Shown in pieces: positions 1 to 9,858 of a stretch of 64,000 nt of DNA; position 1 is the first letter of the stretch, and each line of letters starts with the position of its first letter. The notes under the pieces are model-generated. The model did not search any database. It saw nothing but the letters and a program-made list of their open reading frames with translations, and had not been told where the DNA came from. Location: NCBI GenBank assembly GCA_046045965.1, contig JBJOKS010000006.1, forward strand, positions 96,001-160,000, read 5' to 3'. Origin of the DNA: Cyanobacteriota bacterium (GTDB taxonomy: Bacteria > Cyanobacteriota > Cyanobacteriia > Cyanobacteriales > Nostocaceae). Made by a program: the position numbers and the translations under genes.

Positions 1-1085
1 TCAATAAATCCTTCTTTGCCAGTCAGCATGATAATTGGTACAAGTCGAAATGCTGTAGAATGTCGCAGCATGGTGCAAATTTCGTATCCATCCAATTCGG
101 GCATGGCAATGTCGCATAAAATTAAATTGGGCTTGAGTTGAAATACGAGACTCAGGGCTTCTAACGGTTGGGTGATGGAAATTGCTTCATAGCCTTGTGG
201 TTGCAGGATTGACTCTACGGTTTCACAGATGGAGATGGAGTCTTCAATACATACTATCCGCCCCTTGTTGTCTGGTATATCCCACCTTGGTATTTGAGTA
301 TGGGGACTAGACGTGACTGAATATACTAATTGTAGCCATCCCTGTTGTACGTAAGGATATATTGCTTTGGCAACGGTTAAAATGTCACGATTCAGATAAC
401 GAGCCAATTGGCGTAAAGATGTTTTACCATCTGCCCAATGTTGTAATTTATTCACTGTTGATACTGGTAGTGAGTCGGTCAATCTAGCGATATCAGCCAG
501 CACTGGCAACTGTTCCGGCGATTGAATGTGTGGATATAGCTGCTTCCATTCTTGCACCTGCTTGGTGATTTTTGTTACTAAGTAGTTGATTTCCAAGCTG
601 GTTAACTGGGGAACAAGTGCCGCTCCTAAATCGAAAATAAAACTACCCTGGTGTAAACTCAACAGATCAAACAGTGTCTCATGTACTAAGCCGTGAATAA
701 TATTCCGGGCTGCTTTTGGGGTAATAATATTCTGCTCTAAAAGCGCCCAAATGTAGGCATACTCTGGGGAATTTGTTGATTCTAAGGTCGCAAGTTGCAT
801 TTTGTTCAGCCTTTGCTCAACTCGGTAATGACGCAGGTAATCATCAATCCGGGATAAATTACTTTCACCAGCTTGACAGTAGACTATTTGACCGTTTAGA
901 AAAAATACAAACCAGGATAGTGGTTGGCTCTCCGTGGCAAAACGACCTTTGGTGCTATCTTCACTACTCGATTTGTGACTTTGGTAAGTGTTGTGCGCCT
1001 CTACCCATAACTGCCCAGTTCTTTGTCCTAAAGAAATCAGTTGTAGGATACTACAAATATCAATCTCGTTTAAATTTCCCTGCAT
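1..1085 (-). CDS. hmpB: PatA-family response regulator (PATAN/DUF4388 + receiver), HmpB-like; 3' end runs off the window
   Basis: Not in the ORF track. Minus strand from ATG at 1085 reads MQGNLNEIDICSILQLISLGQRTG..., with a C-terminal receiver (IVCIED...ILCDIAMPELDGYEIC...IIMLTGKEGFI). Divergent from hmpF as in the Nostoc hmp locus. Confidence 0.8.
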   Translation of the reverse strand, partial: MQGNLNEIDICSILQLISLGQRTGQLWVEAHNTYQSHKSSSEDSTKGRFATESQPLSWFVFFLNGQIVYCQAGESNLSRIDDYLRHYRVEQRLNKMQLATLESTNSPEYAYIWALLEQNIITPKAARNIIHGLVHETLFDLLSLHQGSFIFDLGAALVPQLTSLEINYLVTKITKQVQEWKQLYPHIQSPEQLPVLADIARLTDSLPVSTVNKLQHWADGKTSLRQLARYLNRDILTVAKAIYPYVQQGWLQLVYSVTSSPHTQIPRWDIPDNKGRIVCIEDSISICETVESILQPQGYEAISITQPLEALSLVFQLKPNLILCDIAMPELDGYEICTMLRHSTAFRLVPIIMLTGKEGFI

Positions 1086-1723
1086 TTACCTACAATACCC
1101 TCCTTGGCATTCTAGAAAGAATACTTTATTAATTGTCACCTTCAACTTTTCCCTGTTTCCAGTAGAATGACAGGATAATTATTTGTGACAAACAGTCTGG
1201 GAACTTTAAGATATGATCATTTGGTGATAGATGTGGAAAAAGTTAGTGTTCACACGGTAGTCATAGTCACTATTTTGAATAGAGGATATAAAAGATGGGA
1301 TTTAGCTAGGTGTACCAAATATCAAGATATATCAATATGTGAGATATCACTTACATAAATAGTTTTATCTTTCTTGTACTGCTAAACTGATGTTAAACAA
1401 GATCGGTTCACAGCATAATTTAAGGTGTTCCCACTTACGGAGATCATGACTCAAAAGCAGTTAAATTTAAATCTAGTAGTTGCAGAATCAGAACTAAACT
1501 CTATAGAGCGAGTAATGGTTTATTGATTCATGTTGATGTAAAGGATAGTTTGAATATTTTACGTAAATTAGTCCCGACAACTTTATAGTCTAGGGATAAG
1601 GGGTGTTGTAGTTCGCCCTGTTGGGATTATTCCCGGCAAACAAAGGGCATAAGATATTTGTCTATGCTTTTTGCAACTATATACCAAAACACAGACGTAA
1701 AGTACATCAAAAGGACTAGCGGT

Positions 1724-3484
1724 GTGCTGTATTTAGCAGAAGTACAAAAGCAGAGAGGCGGTTTATTGGGTGGCGGTGCTAAAACTGAACTCAAGTTACT
1801 AGCTTGTCAACGCAGTGACCAGAATTGGAGTAATGTGTCAGAAGAAACTATTGCGGCTGAAGAAGCAAGCAAGTTGAATGATGGCGCACTCGTACTAGTG
1901 GAACTGAGTCCGAATCGTCAAGTGCAGCGGATTCAAGAGGCTGGAAGGCCACTAGTAAATATTTTGCAGAATTTTTCCCGTCAAATGGAAAAATTTAAGC
2001 TCAAAGAAGATGAGATTGACCAATGGAAGCAGTCACTAATGTTCCAAGTCCAAGAGCTAAATCGCCGAGAAATGGACATGGAAGCACGGTGGGAACAACT
2101 ACAACACCTGGAAAATGAGGTGCAACGCTTAGAAGAACACAAACAGGAAGTTGCAAAATCCCGTGAGCAAATTGAAAAGTTGCGGACAGAAGTTGAACGC
2201 AATCGTTACGAACTGGAAGGGGCTTGGGAGCATTTACGAGGTGAACAGCGTCGTCTTGATGAACTTAAATCAAATTCCCCCCAGGGTGCAGTTTTAGATC
2301 AGGGTCAAAGTCAACTAATCGCTGATTTACTCAATCGCTTATCTAATGGTGTAAGTTCTACTGGTATATTGCGGGAAAACCTCAATTTTACTTTTGAACT
2401 CGTAGAAAAGCAACAAGCTACTCTTAACCCACATTGGCAACATCTGGAGTTGCAGCGCCATTTGGCTCAACAACAACAAGGAGAAGTTGAACAGCTTGCT
2501 CAAATTTTGGGCGATCGCCAAGCGGACTTTCAACAAATCCAGGATTCTTTTCAGCAGGAAATAACTCAGTTACAACTGACTAAAACACAACTGAACAATA
2601 AACGGGATTTGTCTGTCATACTCCAAGAGCAATTGCGAAATCACGAAGATTTATACCAACATATCCAGAGTCTACTGGCTATGTCTGGGAATGTGGTTTT
2701 CGAACACCAAGTTGATGTGGAAGCTTTGCAAAACTTACCTTTGGAAGAATTGCAAAAAATGGCACAAGACTTGCAAGATAAACTAGAAATTGACTCTAGT
2801 TTCGTTCGAGACCAGGAACAGGAGCTAAATTACAAAGAACAAGCTATACAAGAACTAGAAGCAAAAATACAGCAAGCATCTGGAGAAGAGTTAAAAAATT
2901 TAGAAGCAGAACTAGCTGAAGAAAAAGACCTCTATCTCATGCTTAATAAAAGTCTAAAACCACAACGCAATAATTTACTAAAGCAGGAGCATATTTTTAA
3001 ACAACATCAAAATATACTACTACAAAGACAAGGACAGTCTGCTCCCAATTCTACAGGTGATAACGCAATCAATTTAGAGTCGCTGCTTTCCCAAATTGAC
3101 AGCCAACGACAACAACAGTCCCAGGAACTGCAAAAGCTAGAAACTGAGATTCAACAGTTGAGTGCTGATCTTGAGAGTAAGCAAGGGGAAATTGATCATC
3201 AAACCCATGAGTTAGAGTCTAAGCGTCAAGAACTTAAATCAATGGCAGAACAATTACTCAACTTGCAAACAGCAACCGCTGAATGTTGGGGCAGGGTAAA
3301 ACTTTATCAAGAAGCTCTACAACCTATTCAAGATTGTTTGGATGGTTTACGGGATAAGCTGCAAGCAATTTCTGACTCTTTAAATCACGTTCAAGAAAGT
3401 GGTGATTCTCAACTTCAGACTATTACCCAGATGCGTCAGACTATTCAAAGTTGGATTCCTCAAGGAGAGTTGTTAGCTTCTTAG
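1724..3484 (+). CDS. hmpF: Pilus motility taxis coiled-coil protein HmpF
   Basis: GTG start at 1724 gives MLYLAEVQKQRGGLLGGGAKTELKLLACQR, followed by a long Q/E-rich coiled coil. The ORF track starts it at 1658. Confidence 0.85.
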   Translation: MLYLAEVQKQRGGLLGGGAKTELKLLACQRSDQNWSNVSEETIAAEEASKLNDGALVLVELSPNRQVQRIQEAGRPLVNILQNFSRQMEKFKLKEDEIDQWKQSLMFQVQELNRREMDMEARWEQLQHLENEVQRLEEHKQEVAKSREQIEKLRTEVERNRYELEGAWEHLRGEQRRLDELKSNSPQGAVLDQGQSQLIADLLNRLSNGVSSTGILRENLNFTFELVEKQQATLNPHWQHLELQRHLAQQQQGEVEQLAQILGDRQADFQQIQDSFQQEITQLQLTKTQLNNKRDLSVILQEQLRNHEDLYQHIQSLLAMSGNVVFEHQVDVEALQNLPLEELQKMAQDLQDKLEIDSSFVRDQEQELNYKEQAIQELEAKIQQASGEELKNLEAELAEEKDLYLMLNKSLKPQRNNLLKQEHIFKQHQNILLQRQGQSAPNSTGDNAINLESLLSQIDSQRQQQSQELQKLETEIQQLSADLESKQGEIDHQTHELESKRQELKSMAEQLLNLQTATAECWGRVKLYQEALQPIQDCLDGLRDKLQAISDSLNHVQESGDSQLQTITQMRQTIQSWIPQGELLAS

Positions 3485-3508
3485 AAAAGATGGAGCGGGG
3501 AAAAACAC

Positions 3509-4501
3509 TCATTCATCAGTCCTCTGCAATATACAGATCCACTCACCTTGTACTATGGCTGTCACACCTCCGGGAAAAGGATCGGTTTGAGAACGATTTG
3601 GTGCTGTAATTAAAGCTGTGATTTTTTCAATGTGTTCAAAGTTGGGAGCATCAGGTAATATTTGCTGTAATACCTGACGCATCACCCGACGTTGCAATGC
3701 TAGGGGCTGTTTTTGCAAAAGATGACGATTGATACGTAAATCACCTTTCTCACCCTTTGCTGAGGCTTCTAGGCGCAATTGATGGGCATTTTGTTCTAGG
3801 TATTCTACCTCAGCTTGTAAAAGTTCTGCTGTTTGTGCTAAGTGGGATTCTACTTGGGGGTTGAAATTTTGTTGGAGATATGGTAAGAGTTGGTTACGAA
3901 TGCGATTTCGTGCGTATTGTAAATTCTGATTTGTGGAATCTTCCCAAATTGGCAAGTTAAAATCTTGACAAAATTTTCCTGTTTGAGCGCGGGTCAGTTC
4001 TAAAAGTGGACGCACTAGGGTAATGTTTTCAGTAAGTGGACGTTGCCAAGTTAAAGCTTGTAAACCATCAGCACCAGTACCCCGCATGAGGTTGTAGAGT
4101 AAAGTTTCTGCGCGATCGCTTGCTGTGTGTCCCGTAATGATATATTGATAATTATAAGTTTGGGCAATATTCGTTAAAACCTGATAACGCCAACTTCTAG
4201 CTGTAGCTTCACTATTAACAGGATTTGTAGCTGTTTCTAAATAAAAAGGTAGATTCCAAGTTTGTGCTAAATGTTGTACATGATCAGCATTAGCTTGGGA
4301 GTCAGCACGCCAACGATGATCACAATGAGCTACAGCTAAACTCCATTCCCATTTAGGTTGTAAATCTAATAATAATTTAATTAAACACAAAGAATCTTGT
4401 CCACCAGAAACTGCGACTAATAGCTTTTGCTTAGGTGCAAATAAACCACGGGCGCGGATGGTACGATGTATTTGGGCGTGGAGAGGAGTCCATAAGCTCA
4501 T
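3509..4501 (-). CDS. tilS: tRNA(Ile)-lysidine synthetase
   Basis: PP-loop VAVSGGQDS, GHTASDRAET and EDSTN..RNRIR motifs. Confidence 0.95.
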   Translation of the reverse strand: MSLWTPLHAQIHRTIRARGLFAPKQKLLVAVSGGQDSLCLIKLLLDLQPKWEWSLAVAHCDHRWRADSQANADHVQHLAQTWNLPFYLETATNPVNSEATARSWRYQVLTNIAQTYNYQYIITGHTASDRAETLLYNLMRGTGADGLQALTWQRPLTENITLVRPLLELTRAQTGKFCQDFNLPIWEDSTNQNLQYARNRIRNQLLPYLQQNFNPQVESHLAQTAELLQAEVEYLEQNAHQLRLEASAKGEKGDLRINRHLLQKQPLALQRRVMRQVLQQILPDAPNFEHIEKITALITAPNRSQTDPFPGGVTAIVQGEWICILQRTDE

Positions 4502-4648
4502 TTTTCTGTTGCGGCTAGTGCATGATTTTACTGGACAGGGATAGATTTAAGGTTAATAAAATATAGGTTTATTTTGATTTTCCTTGTTCCCATCCTATGT
4601 ATAGTAATGAATTACAGAAAGTCTCATGTAATCAAGCTTGAGAATAAG

Positions 4649-5953
4649 TTATTTATAACGTCTTTTAATATATTTTTTAATTAAAGGATTCAGAACCCAA
4701 AGTATTTTATCTCCTGCTAATATATCCGCTTTCTCAATCAAACGAACTTGCCATAAATGATCTATAGCTTGACTAATTTCTCCCTTAGAGGGGAAAAATT
4801 GAGCTATTTGAGAAATTAATTGTGGCTCTGTAGCTATGGCTAATTTTTGCATAATTTGAATTTCTAGGTTTGACAAATAGGAAGAAAAGAGTTTATCCAG
4901 CAATCCGCTCATCACATTAGGTATAAAAATTGTTCCTTCCAGAAATTCATAAATTTGTCTATTATGAATATTTTTAATTGGTTCAGAAGCCAGAATTAAA
5001 GCTAATGGATGTCCCTTGTAGATTTCAATTAGTTGTTCTATTCCTGGATTTACAAGTCCCAACTCTGTCAATAGGGTTTTAGCATCTTGATATTCTAAAC
5101 CGCATAATGAAAGTTGCTGAATATTTCTTCTATGACCAAGTACATCTATTACTCCAGGTTTTTGTATACTGGTAAATACCAAGCAGCTTTGATGTTCTGA
5201 TTCCCCAATTCTTTTTAAGAATCTCTCATATTGATATTTTTGTTCATTGTCTAATGATTCACCCTTTGCCATCACACCTTCCCATTGATCAAATATCAAC
5301 AAACAACGATTATCTGTTAAGAAACTAATCAGGTTTGTAGTTCTCCGATCTATAGCTGTTTCTGAACTGCTCGATGAAAAAGACAATTCAACATCAGTTA
5401 AAATTTCTGCCAAGGAAGGGGAATATTCAAGACTCTTCCAAATAACATAATCAAAATCATTTTTAACCTTTTCAACTAACTCCCTCACAAGCGCAGATTT
5501 ACCAATCCCATTTATCCCCAAAACACCTACCACACGACAGCTTTCAGTAACTATCCATTTTTGTAAATCAGACAGTTCTTGTTCTCGTCCATAAAAATCA
5601 CTTACATCTGGTGCTTCCAGCAAATTTCTATGTGAATTTATCTGTGAGATAGGCTTAGTTTTTCCTTCCCTCACAGGTTCTTTCTTTTCTTTTAAAAGTT
5701 CGTCTAGCACTAATCGACAATTCTTTTTATTTACATTTGTTCCTATAATTCTACTCAGTTTCTTGAATAATTCGGGACCTTTAATAATCATGATAGTACC
5801 GGGAGCATAACTTGGAATTTTCATCTGTTTGTATGGTTCATCTTTGAGAGAATATTCCAGAATCGCTTCTTCACAAGGATCTAAATCTAAATCTATTCCT
5901 TTTTCCAGCTTTACCCAATCTTTAAATAGTTTGATTAACTCTTTCGCATCCAT
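4649..5953 (-). CDS. NB-ARC/STAND-type ATPase with probable N-terminal HTH, no C-terminal WD40 repeats
   Basis: APDVSDFYGREQEL, Walker A GINGIGKS, Walker B LLIFDQWE, GHPLAL motif. ATG at 5953 preferred to the TTG at 5971. Confidence 0.8.
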   Translation of the reverse strand: MDAKELIKLFKDWVKLEKGIDLDLDPCEEAILEYSLKDEPYKQMKIPSYAPGTIMIIKGPELFKKLSRIIGTNVNKKNCRLVLDELLKEKKEPVREGKTKPISQINSHRNLLEAPDVSDFYGREQELSDLQKWIVTESCRVVGVLGINGIGKSALVRELVEKVKNDFDYVIWKSLEYSPSLAEILTDVELSFSSSSSETAIDRRTTNLISFLTDNRCLLIFDQWEGVMAKGESLDNEQKYQYERFLKRIGESEHQSCLVFTSIQKPGVIDVLGHRRNIQQLSLCGLEYQDAKTLLTELGLVNPGIEQLIEIYKGHPLALILASEPIKNIHNRQIYEFLEGTIFIPNVMSGLLDKLFSSYLSNLEIQIMQKLAIATEPQLISQIAQFFPSKGEISQAIDHLWQVRLIEKADILAGDKILWVLNPLIKKYIKRRYK

Positions 5954-5999
5954 AGTCCAGTTTTCTCTCAAGCTCGTATTATGGATTGTATCTTAATTT

Positions 6000-6088
6000 G
6001 CACTAACTTTATTAACTTTATTAGTTTTATTAGGCTTAAATACTGATAATTAGTTAGTAATGACGATTACATATAATGATGAGATACT
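6000..6088 (+). promoter_or_regulatory. 9-bp tandem repeats plus putative sigma70 promoter of the 6121 ORF
   Basis: TAACTTTAT x2 + TAGTTTTAT (6004-6030); ATGACG(6060-65)-17 nt-GATACT(6083-88). Paralogous to 7898-7994. Confidence 0.55.
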
Positions 6089-6120
6089 TTTTTGTGTAAG
6101 GACAAAAAAAAGAGGTTTAT

Positions 6121-6312
6121 ATGGCTAGTCAATACTTATTCAGGGTTAATATTGCAGATCAAATGGTTTCCCTATCAGAATTTGTGAACGTCAACAGACA
6201 AGATAATAATTGGCAGTTCATGTCAGTACAATCACCGGAATTAAGAAATATTTTATTTACACAGAGTTATGAGGGAGGGGATGATGATGATCCAATTGTT
6301 CCACCTAACTAA
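6121..6312 (+). CDS. Small protein, 63 aa, acidic/Pro C-terminus
   Basis: GAGG RBS just before the ATG; ends GGDDDDPIVPPN; has its own promoter-like element. Confidence 0.6.
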   Translation: MASQYLFRVNIADQMVSLSEFVNVNRQDNNWQFMSVQSPELRNILFTQSYEGGDDDDPIVPPN

Positions 6313-6433
6313 TTGATCAAATACGGCTTTTCCAAAATTCTCAAGAAAGCAAGATCATGGTTTGTGCAGATGAAAGTTGCTCTTATAAATCTTTATTTTT
6401 TTGAATAGTAAATGCACTTTCATCTGATCTAAT

Positions 6434-7486
6434 TCAGTGAGATGAAGAATTAAGAACTCTAACTGCTTCAAGCTTCCAAACTTCTAATTCTGGTAATTTC
6501 CAGCGAAATGTTTGCACCTGCTGATCATCGGAGTAAAATTCTAGAAAATGTCGCCATGATTCTCTTGCACCTTCCTGTTCTCCCTGTACAGCTTGTACTT
6601 GTGCTAATAAACAATAAGCTGGAGCGTAATTACTTTCTAATTCCAGACATATGCGTAAATGTTGTTTTGCTTCTTGATAACGATTTTGCTGAAAATATGC
6701 CCAACCAAGATTTTTGTGTAATGTAACTTTAACGGTGTTATCTTTTACCCTTGACAAAATTGGTTCAATGAGTTGCACCGCATCTACACTATTTCCTTGG
6801 AGAATGTGCAACCGAGCTAAGTTATTAACAGCAGCATCAGCAGCACGATTTTGATATCTAATAGCAATTTGATAGTGACGAAAAGCCCCAGCTAAATTGT
6901 CTAGCTTTTCATAAGCTGCTCCTAAATTATAGTGAGCAGAACCATAGTTGTGATTGAATTCAACTGCTAATTCTAGATAAGATACCGCAACTGTAAAATC
7001 ACTATTGAGGTAGCTTTTATGTCCTATCTGATTGAGGGTTTTAGAAATTTGTTTCTTTTCTTGCTCATTCAAATTAAGGCGAGTGATTAATTTCTTAAAA
7101 TCTTCTGATTTGTGGGGATTAACTGATAGTAAATGCAATATAGATTCGGTAATGTTTTCCTGATCTTCATCTGTCGTTTCTGCTAGTTCTTGTGTAAATC
7201 TAGATTGACGATCAGTTAATAGTTCTGGTTTGTATTTAGCAAACAGTGCTACTAAGTCTGAGCGTTTATAACGACGAGTATCAGAAGGTTCATTACTCAG
7301 TCCAAATTCGTAACATATTCTTTCAATATATTTTCTGACAGATGGTTCTCCAATGTTCATAGCTTCAGCTATATCCACATCTGTCTCACCTGCTAGTATT
7401 TTTTGCAACACTTGTTTGCGTCTATCTGTCAGCTTGTTAAATATGTGTTCAAACTCTTGTTGATTCATCCTCGGTGTTACTTGCAT
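6434..7486 (-). CDS. LuxR-type HTH + TPR repeat protein
   Basis: LTDRRKQVLQKILAGETDVDIAEAMNIGEPSVRKYI HTH; TPRs AHYNLGAAYE, AVNNLARL, LHKNLGWAY. Confidence 0.8.
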   Translation of the reverse strand: MQVTPRMNQQEFEHIFNKLTDRRKQVLQKILAGETDVDIAEAMNIGEPSVRKYIERICYEFGLSNEPSDTRRYKRSDLVALFAKYKPELLTDRQSRFTQELAETTDEDQENITESILHLLSVNPHKSEDFKKLITRLNLNEQEKKQISKTLNQIGHKSYLNSDFTVAVSYLELAVEFNHNYGSAHYNLGAAYEKLDNLAGAFRHYQIAIRYQNRAADAAVNNLARLHILQGNSVDAVQLIEPILSRVKDNTVKVTLHKNLGWAYFQQNRYQEAKQHLRICLELESNYAPAYCLLAQVQAVQGEQEGARESWRHFLEFYSDDQQVQTFRWKLPELEVWKLEAVRVLNSSSH

Positions 7487-7853
7487 TGGTTAAGTATTGA
7501 TCAGTAGTCACTTCACGAATGTGACTATTGTACAACAACTTATATCCATTATTGGTTTATTTTCTATCTATATTTTTATTTCTGCCCAAAACCTTGTGAC
7601 ACTTATTTCAGTCCAGGAATACCTCAATCTCTCCCATAGTCTTGACACTGGCAAGCAAATATGTCACATTTATAATTAAAGTTTATGTCACTCCAATATT
7701 TTTTATCCCGTGACATGGGTGTGGGAAGAAATGCTGCTAGAACGAAAGCTAGTCCGAACAAGGCAATCTCAATGTATTAATTAAAACTTAAGCGAAGTCA
7801 ATACTGAGGACATTTTCTGTCATATCTATATTTTAAAACTCACATAGTTAGCT

Positions 7854-7881
7854 AACCCTCTCAGATGAGAGAGGGTTTTTT
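7854..7881 (+). terminator. Intrinsic terminator with no annotated + strand gene directly upstream
   Basis: AACCCTCTC-agatga-GAGAGGGTT-TTTT. Confidence 0.65.
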
Positions 7882-7897
7882 ATGACATCTAAAAGTA

Positions 7898-7994
7898 GCA
7901 CTTAACTTTATTAAGTTTATTAACTTTATTAAGTTTATTAATTAACTTATTATAAAAAATTAGTGATGACAAAAACGTAGTTTTCCTAAATACT
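7898..7994 (+). promoter_or_regulatory. 9-bp tandem repeats plus putative sigma70 promoter of the 8027 ORF
   Basis: TAA(C/G)TTTAT x4 (7903-7938); ATGACA(7966-71)-17 nt-AATACT(7989-94). Confidence 0.55.
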
Positions 7995-8026
7995 AGAGAC
8001 ATAAAGAAAGTAATTCCTATCCTACC

Positions 8027-8272
8027 ATGAATTCGCAAAAATATCATTCGTTTTCTATAGTCATGCTTGTTGAGCTTTATCCAGCATTAGGAATTTTATT
8101 AGGATTGACTTTAGTGTTACTTTTACAAACTTCATCAGACAAAGTATGTATTCAATTTCCATCAGCACCAGATCGGGGTATTCCTGAAAGAACCAATGGT
8201 GCTGGAACACGAGTAACAATTCAAAATCCTATAAATTTGGCAAATATTTTCAGACTCAGAAATTCTTTATAA
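8027..8272 (+). CDS. Small membrane/secreted protein with a DUF928-like PxxGxPxRxxGAGTR motif
   Basis: Hydrophobic N-terminal segment followed by FPSAPDRGIPERTNGAGTR. Confidence 0.55.
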   Translation: MNSQKYHSFSIVMLVELYPALGILLGLTLVLLLQTSSDKVCIQFPSAPDRGIPERTNGAGTRVTIQNPINLANIFRLRNSL

Positions 8273-8380
8273 TAAAATAGACTTAAACCCTCGAAATCAA
8301 ACTATAAAAAACGAAATTTTTTTAGGCTTGAATGTATTTGAATGCAGGGATATAGACTTATCTTGACTACCAGCCTAAGC

Positions 8381-8511
8381 TAAGTAGGTAGGCGTTAAAA
8401 ATTGTCGTTATGACGAGGCAGGAGGCAGGAGGCAGCTATGCTGGAGGGAAGAGGTTTTTAGGAATTTTAATTTTTTTTACATACCTCTGTTTTTTCATGC
8501 CGACTTACTTA
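8381..8511. mobile_element. MITE-like element, ~131 bp
   Basis: Imperfect 21-bp terminal inverted repeats (TAAGTAGGTAGGCGTTAAAAA vs reverse complement TAAGTAAGTCGGCATGAAAAA, 17/21); internal GAGGCAG heptamers. Confidence 0.65.
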
Positions 8512-8653
8512 GTTTATCAATTTACTATTAAGCCATTTCATAGGATTATCAACTTATTTAAATTATGCTTTTTGCGGCTGTGTTTCTTAGGGTTTTTGTG
8601 CAGAACCTTGATCATTCTCCCCCCTCTCAACAGAAAGGGGGAAAAAGATGCAA

Positions 8654-9697
8654 TTAGAAAAACCAACCGTAAGAATGTAAACCCTTACCCAAAAGATTCA
8701 CACCCAAATAACAGATCCAAACTACAACAAAACCACCAGCGGCTAAAATTGCAGGTTTTCTACCTTGCCAACCGCGAGTAATTCTAGAATGTAGATAGGC
8801 TGCAAAAACCAACCAAGTAATTAAAGCCCAAGTTTCCTTTGGGTCCCAACTCCAATAAGAACCCCAAGCTTCATTAGCCCAAACACCACCGGCAATAATA
8901 CCAATTGTTAGTAAAGGAAAACCCAAACCAATCACGCGATAGCTGATATTATCTAAGGTTTCTGCCAGGGTGAGACGTTGAGGAGAAAGAATTTCCGCAG
9001 TTGAAATAGGCGCAGTTTTGACTACATCTAAAACAGCAGTACCATTACCATTGTTATTCGTTTCTAACCGGGAAAAACCATTGTTTTCAGATACAGAAGT
9101 TAGGGGTTCAGTTACTAACTCTCCAGCTTTGAGTAGTTTGTAACCATTGCTGCGATAACCACCATTACCAACAGAACTACCTTGTAATTGAATGTTTTGA
9201 CCACGTGTCACAATTAAAAAAGCGATCGCCAACAAAGAACCCACCATCAAAGCCGAATAACTCAACATCATCACACTGACGTGCATCATCAACCAATTCG
9301 ACTTTAAAGCCGGAACCAAAGGTTCAGAAACCTGCATTGCTGAAGGTAAGGTTAAAGTAGCAAAAGCTGTAATTCCCATCGCTACAGGAGCAGTTACAAC
9401 CCCCACCAAACGGCTACGACTTGTATTTTCAGCAAGTAGATGGACAGCAGTAATACCCCAAGTCAAGAAAAATAGAGACTCATAGAGATTACTGAGAGGA
9501 AAATAACCTGCTTCAATCCATCTTGCGCCTAATAAAGCAGCAATACACAAATTTGCGATCGCCATTCCAGCCGTCCCCAAAGCCGCAGTCACCGATAAAC
9601 TCGGAAAAGCCGCCCCCACCCAATACACCAGCATAGTGCAGAACAAAACAGCAAAGGAGGCATTATCCAGCCAGTTCTGGAGTACAACCAGATTCAT
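8654..9697 (-). CDS. ccsB: Cytochrome c biogenesis protein CcsB/CcsA
   Basis: [18 protein letters not shown] (WWD) motif, [17 protein letters not shown]. Confidence 0.95.
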   Translation of the reverse strand: MNLVVLQNWLDNASFAVLFCTMLVYWVGAAFPSLSVTAALGTAGMAIANLCIAALLGARWIEAGYFPLSNLYESLFFLTWGITAVHLLAENTSRSRLVGVVTAPVAMGITAFATLTLPSAMQVSEPLVPALKSNWLMMHVSVMMLSYSALMVGSLLAIAFLIVTRGQNIQLQGSSVGNGGYRSNGYKLLKAGELVTEPLTSVSENNGFSRLETNNNGNGTAVLDVVKTAPISTAEILSPQRLTLAETLDNISYRVIGLGFPLLTIGIIAGGVWANEAWGSYWSWDPKETWALITWLVFAAYLHSRITRGWQGRKPAILAAGGFVVVWICYLGVNLLGKGLHSYGWFF

Positions 9698-9858
9698 AAA
9701 CACTTCTCCCTAGTGAATCAGTTATTCAGTTATTCAGTTAACCAGGTCAACATAATTAAATATAAAACGCTCAGGAGATAGATCCCCGACTTCTCAAAGA
9801 AGTTAGGTATCTGGCCGACTATCCTGATCCTATCTACTTTTGGTCTTCTGACTCCTGA

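Noticed and set aside
773..1170. Track ORFs 773-1132 and 988-1170
   Set aside because: Antisense shadows of the minus-strand PatA-family gene
1424..1631. Possible SigJ-type GGGAATACT boxes (GGGAACACC on minus 1424-32; GGGATTATT on plus 1623-31)
   Set aside because: Each has two mismatches and cannot be supported without TSS data
8410..8781. 123-aa + strand ORF
   Set aside because: Starts inside a MITE and overlaps ccsB antisense; no recognisable motif
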